Shown piece by piece: positions 22,701 through 27,222 of a stretch of 27,222 nucleotides of DNA. Where the stretch lies: positions 3,816,569-3,843,790 of the forward strand of contig NW_019091358.1 in assembly GCF_001949145.1 (NCBI RefSeq), written 5' to 3'. The stretch is from Acanthaster planci. Lineage: Eukaryota. The first letter of the stretch is position 1. Every line of letters starts with the position of its first letter. Both the position numbers and the translations under genes were made by a program. The notes beneath the pieces were generated by a model, which was not told the origin of the DNA, ran no database searches, and saw only the letters and a list, made by a program, of their open reading frames with translations.

Positions 22701-24504
22701 CAACATGCTGCCCCGAACGCCACCAGTTGCACCATTTGCCCTGACGAAAAGGTCAAGAAATCTGGACAATCTTTGCAAGAAATTTGTTACTAATGTGTGT
22801 GCCAGGTGAGTTTTATGATAGGCAGCTTTTAAGCATGCATGATAATGTCCGAAGGGGTCGTGTCTTTACGGATGTGCGGTTTGTTGAGTTGTTTCATTTC
22901 TGTCTGTTCCCCAGCTATACCGGGACAGGTGGGGCCAACATGGTGCTGGCCCAAGTCAAGTTGGTGACAGGTTTTGTCCCGGACACTGCCTCCATCGCTG
23001 ACCTAAATGCCCAGGCGATGATGAGCAAACTGAAGCGTGTGGAAACAGAGGGCAAGACCATCAACTTCTACATTGACCAGGTTTGTTGTGAATGGGCTGT
23101 GAAGTGCCGACTTCTTTACCGAATACCGAACAGGCTTGTTGTTCCCCAAGTGCCTTCCATTGCATTATCAAGTATTCTTCCACAAACGAAGAACTAACAC
23201 ACAGCTGTTGTTTTGCCGGCTTCCAGGGCCTAGATGCCACACCAGTCTGTTGGGACTTTGTTGCCAACAAAGAGTTTGATGTGAACAACGCCAAACCTGG
23301 CACTCTGAACATGTATGACTACTACGAGAAAGGTGAGTGCCTTGGATACACAGGGGTGCATTCAATAGTGCGACACCCCACGGCGGAATCAGTTTGTTCT
23401 CCACAATACCGAAGCCCGCAGAAAGTGGTTTCAAAAGTCCAGTCTATTCAAAGGAACTTAAGCACGCAAGTTATACAACAATGTAGTCAGTTGCAGAGTA
23501 AGCCATTTGCGAGTTAAATTTGAATAAAATCTGATACGCTGAGTTATCTGATTGCACATAAACATAACAATTTGAACTCTCCAGACTAAAGACACTGTTG
23601 CTATACCTCATGATTCGGGGCAAGCTTTTGCTAAGCGACGACCATCTCTGGAATGGACTGGTTCCTTTGTGCCCTTGTTTTCCATTGAGAACAGTGTATT
23701 GTTGAAGGCGTCTCTTATGTAACTAAGGAAAAGCTTGCCCCGAATCATGAGGTATAGCAACAGTGGCTTTAGTATGGAGAATTCCAATTGCTATGTCCAT
23801 GTGAATTTAAAGAACTCAGTGTATCAGATTTTATTCAAATTTAACTTGCAAAAGGCTTATTGAAATAGTGCTGAAATAACATTGGCTGTATCCACCGTAG
23901 GCTAGAAATGTGAGTCACTAATTGTGCCAAACACTCTGTAACCTTTCTGGTGAATTTGGTAGTTCTGCTGTATTTCCAGCTCCAGTGTAAATACCACTTG
24001 TGTTGGAACTCGAACAGAGTTTAGATATTTCATTCTCAGCTTCTGAGATCTCCCATTGAGCTGATTCAATGGAAATGAGCTAGTTTTGGAACTGCTCCCC
24101 ATCGGATCATATCTCAGAAAGTCCATGTCCACCATCAGCAGAAAAACCATGCTGCGGTCGCTCACAGTCCTTAAGCACATAGACTTACACTCTTTCTCCT
24201 CCCCCCCCAAAAAACCTCAAACAACAAACTTCTCTTTGTTTCTCTGACAGACCTGGCCATCTCAGAGTCCCTTGAGTTCCTGTGTGAACCAACAGAAGAG
24301 GAAATGCCTGAACCAGGTAAACCACCTAGCTCCCCAGTAGACCCACATCCCCTTGAGCCTGATACAGCCCCTCCTCTCAGAGCTGACGAAACCTCAGTAG
24401 ATCCAGACTTTGAAACTGCCCCACCAGTCAAATCAGTTAGAGCTGAAGAAATAGGAACAGGCCAGTCAGATGAACAAGACTGTTATTGGTCCATCCTTAA
24501 TTAA
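1627..24504 (+). CDS. A2M: Alpha-2-macroglobulin-family thioester-containing protein (A2M-like TEP), multi-exon gene, 5'-partial (25 exons, ~1277 aa in window)
   Basis: Spliced translation gives A2M-family motifs in the expected order: [135 protein letters not shown], YDYYE. All introns are GT-AG with matching phases. No C345C or anaphylatoxin domain seen. Family is clear; exact orthology is not established. Confidence 0.95.
2544..2659 (+). CDS. A2M-like exon (MG3/MG4): VTLSETVLSKPGIVTTEPLALSFKAPSTFKPGMPFDVW
   Basis: ttttcag|GTGTC ... GTGTGG|gtaagc; phase 1 to 0; FKPG(L/M)P motif. Confidence 0.88.
4223..4396 (+). CDS. A2M-like exon (MG4): ISVEYPDGSPAPGIQVKVTA...TSSDEGMVHFVL...EISLF
   Basis: ccccttag|ATTTCT ... 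CTTTTT|gtaagt; 174 nt, phase 0 to 0; PDGSP motif. Confidence 0.9.
4646..4891. mobile_element. MITE-like element with terminal and subterminal inverted repeats
   Basis: GGGTG...GAAATTAGGGGTCCA...GTGTCCCTGT versus ACAGGGACAC...TGGACCCCTAATTTC...TACCC. Confidence 0.7.
4943..5165. repeat. Degenerate short-period AATCC(C/T)-type repeat
   Basis: Recurring aatccc/aatctc/aattcc words. Confidence 0.55.
5518..5760 (+). CDS. A2M-like exon (MG4/MG5): [47 protein letters not shown]...LKWFFV
   Basis: ttctcag|GCTGTT ... TTTGTG|gtaaag; 243 nt open; YSPSxSF motif. Confidence 0.9.
7417..7507 (+). CDS. A2M-like exon (MG5): FMSRNEILTVPVAAVEETGSRRRRFSEPVP
   Basis: ttcttag|TTTATG ... CCAG|gtaggt; phase 0 to 1; 'MSRxxI' continues the MG5 motif from the previous exon. 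Confidence 0.82.
8088..8278 (+). CDS. A2M-like exon (MG5): DILPFEPEK...[34 protein letters not shown]
   Basis: tccttag|ATATC ... AACAAG|gtgtgc; phase 1 to 0; LLVYY...EVVADS motif. Confidence 0.92.
9247..9399 (+). CDS. A2M-like exon (MG6 first half): [40 protein letters not shown]...KEK
   Basis: ttccag|GTTTAC ... GAAAAG|gtagga; 153 nt; SLC...VDKSV motif. Confidence 0.93.
9946..10134 (+). CDS. A2M-like exon (linker, with RKRRRR): VFEKLRSDQ...CPDEYPWWWYPDLDRKRRRRTSVPYY...EDSSKAFE
   Basis: cctcag|GTGTTT ... TTTGAG|gttgga; 189 nt, phase 0 to 0. Confidence 0.88.
10509..10566 (+). CDS. A2M-like exon (end of linker): DMGFIFMSNLMVETRPCNA
   Basis: tttcag|GATATG ... GCTG|gtaaga; resembles the 'G...F.TN...RPC' segment that precedes the bait region. 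Confidence 0.88.
10831..10973. repeat. Degenerate ~143-bp foldback (old MITE-like palindrome)
   Basis: GGATCTGTTTGTTTTGCACAGATCTAGATC...AGTGATCC pairs imperfectly with GGATCACT...GATCCAGATCCATGTGAAACAAACACATCC. Confidence 0.6.
11110..11248 (+). CDS. A2M-like exon (bait region plus [11 protein letters not shown]); 5' boundary uncertain
   Basis: In-frame [47 protein letters not shown]; donor GG|gtaagg is solid; only the weak acceptor gagtag|AT (11109/11110) keeps the frame. Confidence 0.75.
11300..11495. repeat. Degenerate tetranucleotide-type (GTCA/GTTN) simple repeat
   Basis: gtcagtcagcaggtcagt...ttcattcagtctgt pattern. Confidence 0.5.
11778..12009 (+). CDS. A2M-like exon (MG6/MG7): DLGEAELDLDVPHTITEW...[30 protein letters not shown]...CMV
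   Basis: cccatag|GGAT ... ATGGTG|gtaagg; phase 2 to 0; highly conserved A2M motifs. Confidence 0.96.
12321..12482. mobile_element. hAT-like MITE with 8-bp TSD
   Basis: Termini CAGGGGCGTAACTGGGG / CCCCAGTTATGCCACTG; flanks ACTATAAT (12313-12320) and AGTATAAT (12483-12490), 7/8 identical. Confidence 0.8.
12833..12974 (+). CDS. A2M-like exon (MG7): IRVSLIASDEFEVV...ECVCAQTSKRVEFQVRGLALGEIDVE
   Basis: ttttcag|ATACGG ... GAAG|gtatct; phase 0 to 1; CVCA...LGE motif. Confidence 0.9.
13663..13769 (+). CDS. A2M-like exon (MG7): VHAVSVADDELLCGNEASLSEETGVSDGVRRKLLVE
   Basis: atatcag|TTCAT ... GTGGAA|gtgagt; LCGNE...D.V...LLVE motif. Confidence 0.92.
14138..14189 (+). CDS. A2M-like exon (CUB start): PEGIEHQYSINKYFCPS
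   Basis: tacacag|CCTGAG ... AGCG|gtaaga; completes LLVE-PEG. Confidence 0.9.
14454..14546 (+). CDS. A2M-like exon (CUB): EFPFYSYIKRFPLPTPPNTVPGSMRGRMSLTG
   Basis: cctcacag|AGTTT ... ACAG|gtagcc; phase 1 to 1; P.NxVPGS.R motif. Confidence 0.9.
15614..15822 (+). CDS. A2M-like exon (TED, thioester GCGEQ at 15670-15684)
   Basis: ccaccag|GTGAT ... CTCAAG|gtacag; [33 protein letters not shown]...GYMRELNYRLK. Confidence 0.97.
16425..16631 (+). CDS. A2M-like exon (TED, catalytic-position His at 16617-16619)
   Basis: gttgaag|GATGGC ... ATGGCA|gtgagt; DGSYSAFG...STWLTAYV...WL..QQ...GCF...GKLCHKAMA. Confidence 0.96.
17101..17175 (+). CDS. A2M-like exon (TED): GGVNNEITLTSYVVTSLLEAGVAPE
   Basis: gttgcag|GGAGGG ... 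CCTGAG|gtgagt; 75 nt. Confidence 0.94.
19953..20112 (+). CDS. A2M-like exon (TED): DPVILNALSCLE...YAAAQLAYAMVLAG...LESVAVTE
   Basis: tttgcag|GATCCC ... GAAG|gtaaag; phase 0 to 1. Confidence 0.94.
20537..20754 (+). CDS. A2M-like exon (TED): GEHKRW...[10 protein letters not shown]...RWLVSQQSSSGGFSSTQ
   Basis: ctgcag|GCGAG ... ACGCAG|gtacga; phase 1 to 0. Confidence 0.96.
21429..21696 (+). mobile_element. tRNA-derived (Thr-AGT-like) SINE-type element enclosed by ~55-bp inverted repeats and ~20-bp direct repeats
   Basis: A box TGGTCGAGTGG 21505-21515, CTAGTAA loop 21530-21536, B box GGTTCGAGTCC 21550-21560, T7 run 21581-21587; IR arms 21429-21484 and 21617-21671; DRs TCTTGA(G)AACTGAGTACTGTA at 21409-21428 and 21697-21717. 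Confidence 0.75.
21849..22061 (+). CDS. A2M-like exon (TED end/CUB): [13 protein letters not shown]...NKLVVQ...VPNTYTVRARGKGCGLLQ
   Basis: gtgcag|GACACT ... TTGCAG|gtgggc; 213 nt. Confidence 0.95.
22687..22805 (+). CDS. A2M-like exon (MG8/RBD start): FTVYYNMLPRTPPVAPFAL...LCKKFVTNVCA
   Basis: actcag|TTCACA ... GCCAG|gtgagt; phase 0 to 2. Confidence 0.9.
22915..23080 (+). CDS. A2M-like exon (receptor-binding domain): [23 protein letters not shown]...KRVETEGKTINFYIDQ
   Basis: ttccccag|CTATAC ... GACCAG|gtttgt; phase 2 to 0. Confidence 0.94.
23227..23332 (+). CDS. A2M-like exon (RBD end): GLDATPVCWDFVANKEFDVNNAKPGTLNMYDYYEK
   Basis: cttccag|GGCCTA ... AAAG|gtgagt; V.N.KP....YDYYE motif. Confidence 0.94.
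23501..23857. mobile_element. MITE/foldback element with ~135-bp TIRs and TA flanks (Tc1/mariner-type TSD)
   Basis: TA|AGCCATTTGCGAGTTAAATTTGAATAAAATCTGATAC...TATACCTCATGATTCGGGGCAAGCTTTT mirrored by AAAAGCTTGCCCCGAATCATGAGGTATA...GTATCAGATTTTATTCAAATTTAACTTGCAAAAGGCT|TA. Confidence 0.88.
24251..24504 (+). CDS. A2M-like terminal exon with Pro/Glu-rich tail (DLAISESLEFLCEPTEEEMPEPGKPPSSPVDP...CYWSILN*)
   Basis: tctgacag|ACCTG in phase 1; open to TAA at 24502-24504; internal candidate donor CCAG|gtaaac at 24316/24317. Confidence 0.8.
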
Positions 24505-24556
24505 GGGAATGGGCCGTGCTTGGAAGATTTCTTGTAAAATTTGCATCAACACATAA

Positions 24557-24562
24557 AATAAA
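24557..24562 (+). promoter_or_regulatory. Candidate polyadenylation signal AATAAA (inside the transposon) for a short-tail isoform
   Basis: AATAAA 53 nt after the TAA stop; motif only. Confidence 0.3.
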
Positions 24563-24819
24563 CATACATGTAACAACAAAACACAAAACAAAAGCTAAAC
24601 GACAGCCATCATGTACTGAAAGTTGTCTGAAGAAATTCCCAAGAATCGTATCGTCATAGGACGGAGTCCTTTATCTGGCAACTGTTTACTGTTATGCAAC
24701 GACACGTATACATGTATGTAATGCAGTAGCGTTAGCGTGTTCCATCTTGTCAGACTCAAGTGATGATAATTCCAGCGTTGCTTTCTTGGGTGGGGATGAT
24801 GAGACCTTGTCTTGTTCTG

Positions 24820-25000
24820 TCGGCCTTTGCACAGACGGTACAGTGCTGGGTTTCAGCAGAAGGCGAGTCCCTGCAATCCCAAATTTCCTCTTCAGAAATG
24901 AAGAGGGCTCAAAATCGCTATGCACAAAGTGTGCATTGCACACCCTGGAATTTTGAGTCCTCACAAAATCGTGTGTTGTCCGCAAGTTTAACCCACAAAC
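24820..25000 (-). pseudogene. Decayed THAP zinc-finger domain fragment
   Basis: Minus-strand RTTHDFVRTQNSRVCNAHFVHSDFE...LLLKPSTVPSV matches the THAP 'RVCSxHF...LK..AVP' pattern; the upstream WVKL lies in a different frame; the N-terminal CxxxxC is not found. Confidence 0.75.
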
Positions 25001-25402
25001 ACTGGTGTGAAAAGCTGCTTGGGATTAGCACCGGAGCTGAGAGAGTAGTATTCTTGTGTGGACCGATCAACTTTCTTGCCGGAACTATGCTTTCTGGTCT
25101 GGAAAGTCAAGTCTGCCCTAAAACGTCACATTTTTGCCAAGATTTGTCTGCTGCTCCTCATTGACCTATTTCGATAAATTTTTGTGAAGAGCCCAGGCAG
25201 TGACTGAAAAAAGCACACAGAAAATGCCATTTTTGCTGATTTAATGACATAAAAGAGGGTTTCGTCCAACTTATTGTATGTAAGACGGTTGAAAACTATC
25301 ATATAACGTCAATTTAACCCTACATGGCCCATCCCCTTTAATCTAGGTGAGCCTACACAACCTGTAGTCTACTCATCAGTTAAATCTCCCGTAGATCTAT
25401 AG

Positions 25403-27222
25403 CCACTAGTTGACACATCAGCTAAACTAGATAAGCCTCTCAAGAAGCAAGTAGTTGACCCTTCTCCCCAAATTGGCAAGTCAACTGCTGGACCAGTACC
25501 ATATGTAAGTGCTAGATATGAAAAGCCCACTGTAAAACCAAGAGTAGATCCATCTGCTAAACCATATATGCTTACTGTTAAACCAGATAAACCTGTTCCT
25601 GAAGTAGAACCAACTGCCAAGCCAGACAAACCAATTGTTCCAGAAGTTGAACCCACTGCCAAACCAGACAAAGCANNNNNNNNNNNNNNNNNNNNNNNNN
25701 NNNNNNNNNNNNNNNNNNNNNNNNNNNNNNNNNNNNNNNNNNNNNNNNNNNNNNNNNNNNNNNNNNNNNNNNNNNNNNNNNNNNNNNNNNNNNNNNNNNN
25801 NNNNNNNNNNNNNNNNNNNNNNNNNNNNNNNNNNNNNNNNNNNNNNNNNNNNNNNNNNNNNNNNNNNNNNNNNNNNNNNNNNNNNNNNNNNNNNNNNNNN
25901 NNNNNNNNNNNNNNNNNNNNNNNNNNNNNNNNNNNNNNNNNNNNNNNNNNNNNNNNNNNNNNNNNNNNNNNNNNNNNNNNNNNNNNNNNNNNNNNNNNNN
26001 NNNNNNNNNNNNNNNNNNNNNNNNNNNNNNNNNNNNNNNNNNNNNNNNNNNNNNNNNNNNNNNNNNNNNNNNNNNNNNNNNNNNNNNNNNNNNNNNNNNN
26101 NNNNNNNNNNNNNNNNNNNNNNNNNNNNNNNNNNNNNNNNNNNNNNNNNNNNNNNNNNNNNNNNNNNNNNNNNNNNNNNNNNNNNNNNAAACCCGACAAA
26201 CCAGTTGTTCCAGAAGTTGAACCCACTGCCAAACCCGACAAACCAGTTGTTCCAGAAGTTGAACCCACAGCTAAGCCAGACAAACCAGTTGTTCCAGAAG
26301 TTGAACCCACAGCTAAGCCAGACAAACCAGTTGTTCCAGAAGTTGAACCCACAGCTAAGCCAGACAAACCAGTTGTTCCAGAAGTTGAACCCACTGCCAA
26401 ACCTGACAAACCAGTTGTTCCAGAAGTTGAACCTACTGCCAAGCCAGACAAACCAGTTGTTCCAGAAGTTGAACCCACAGCTAAGCCAGACAAACCAGTT
26501 GTTCCAGAAGTTAAACCCACTGACAAACCAGTTGTTCCTGAAGTAGAAACCACTGCCAAACCAGTTGTTCCAGAAGCTGAACCCACTGCCAAGCCAGAGA
26601 AACCAGTTGTTCCAGAAATTGAACCCACTGCCAAACCCGACAAACCAGTTGTTCCAGACATTGAACCCACAGCTAAACCAGACAAACCAGTTGTTCCAGA
26701 AGTTGAATCCACTGCTAAACCAGACAAACCAATTGTTCCAGAAGTTCAACCCACTGCTATACCAGACATACCAATCGCCCCAGAGGAAATTGCAAAATCA
26801 GATGAACCAGTAGTTACAGAAATTGAGCCAACTGCTACACCAGAGAGGACAGTTGTTCCAGAAGTTGAACCCACAGACAAACCAGTTGTTCCAGAAGTTG
26901 AACCAACAGACAAACCAGTTGTTCCTGAAGTTGAACCAACAGACAAACCAGTTAGTCCAGAAGTTGAACCCACAGACAAACCAGTTGTTCCAGAGGTAGA
27001 ACCAACTGCCAAGCCAGACAAACCAGTTGTTCCTGAAGTTGAACCAACAGACAAACCAGTTGTTCCTGAAGATGAACCCACAGCCAAACCAGTTGTTCCT
27101 GAAGTTACGCCCACTGCCAAACCAGACAAACCAGTTGTTCCTGAAGTTGAGCCCACTGCTAAACCAGACAAACCAGTTCCAGAAGTTGAACCTACTGCCA
27201 AGCCAGACGAACCAGTTGTTCC
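25403..27222 (+). CDS. PEVK-like low-complexity repeat ORF, probable (former) C-terminal extension of the A2M-like protein; 3'-partial, spans an assembly gap
   Basis: No stop in the sequenced bases from 25403 to the window end; the frame is the same on both sides of the N gap; repeat-unit indels are multiples of 3 and many differences are synonymous; current expression unproven. Confidence 0.65.
25578..27222 (+). repeat. Coding-type tandem repeat, 42-nt unit CCAGTTGTTCCAGAAGTTGAACCCACAGCTAAGCCAGACAAA (PVVPEVEPTAKPDK) with 33-nt variants (PVVPEVEPTDK)
   Basis: Directly visible tandem array on both sides of the gap. Confidence 0.97.
25676..26188. other. Assembly gap (513 N) inside the tandem array
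   Basis: Run of N. Confidence 1.

Larger units (their letters stand above)
24504..25337 (-). mobile_element. Non-autonomous DNA transposon, Kolobok-like (TTAA flanks, AGG termini, THAP remnant)
   Basis: Left TIR AGGGAATGGGCCGTG (24504-24518) versus reverse complement of 25323-25337 AGGGGATGGGCCATG (13/15); TTAA at 24497-24500, 24501-24504 and 25338-25341; internal THAP-like translation on the minus strand. Confidence 0.78.

Noticed and set aside
459..23517. Numerous 60-140 aa ORFs in the supplied track
   Set aside because: They are exon fragments with intron run-on, antisense shadows of exons, or chance ORFs in introns and repeats. No nested gene could be supported.
23979..24210. Alternative terminal exon after tttccag, and minus-strand ORF 23902-24210
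   Set aside because: The phase-1 reading stops after 3 codons and the minus ORF has no recognisable motif.
1627..24504. Complement C3/C4 or CD109 assignment
   Set aside because: No anaphylatoxin or C345C domain and no GPI or TM signal in the window. Motifs such as [13 protein letters not shown] and the bait position are A2M-like, though a phylogeny is needed for certainty.
25369..27201. Long minus-strand ORFs (GLSGLAVGSTSGTT and NFWNNWFVW repeats) and the + strand FQKLNP frame
   Set aside because: These are shadow frames of the 42-nt repeat. The variable positions are third-codon synonymous in the + strand PEVK frame, and that frame connects to the A2M-like gene.
25578..27222. CRISPR-like array
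   Set aside because: Head-to-tail units with no unique spacers, no cas genes, and a spliceosomal eukaryotic context.

Overview
Eukaryotic (intron-rich, probably invertebrate animal) genomic DNA. The window is almost entirely one + strand gene, an alpha-2-macroglobulin-family thioester protein (TEP) whose 5' end lies upstream. I traced 25 phase-consistent GT-AG exons from 1627 to 24504 (3834 nt, about 1277 aa). They cover the MG domains, a linker with RKRRRR, a short bait region, the thioester motif GCGEQ, a C3-type catalytic His and the receptor-binding domain. The 3' end is the unusual part. The last exon runs into a Pro/Glu-rich tail and stops at a TAA lying exactly at the edge of an ~835-bp element with 15-bp TIRs, TTAA flanks and a decayed THAP domain (Kolobok-like). 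Deleting that element rejoins the frame to a >600-codon (including a 513-N gap) PEVK-like tandem-repeat ORF, (PVVPEVEPTAKPDK)n, which is open to the end of the window apart from one TAG at 25400. The introns carry several MITE-like foldback elements, a tRNA-Thr-derived element inside inverted repeats, and possible Helitron ends. Most entries in the ORF track are exon fragments or spurious. All calls are by eye; no searches were run.
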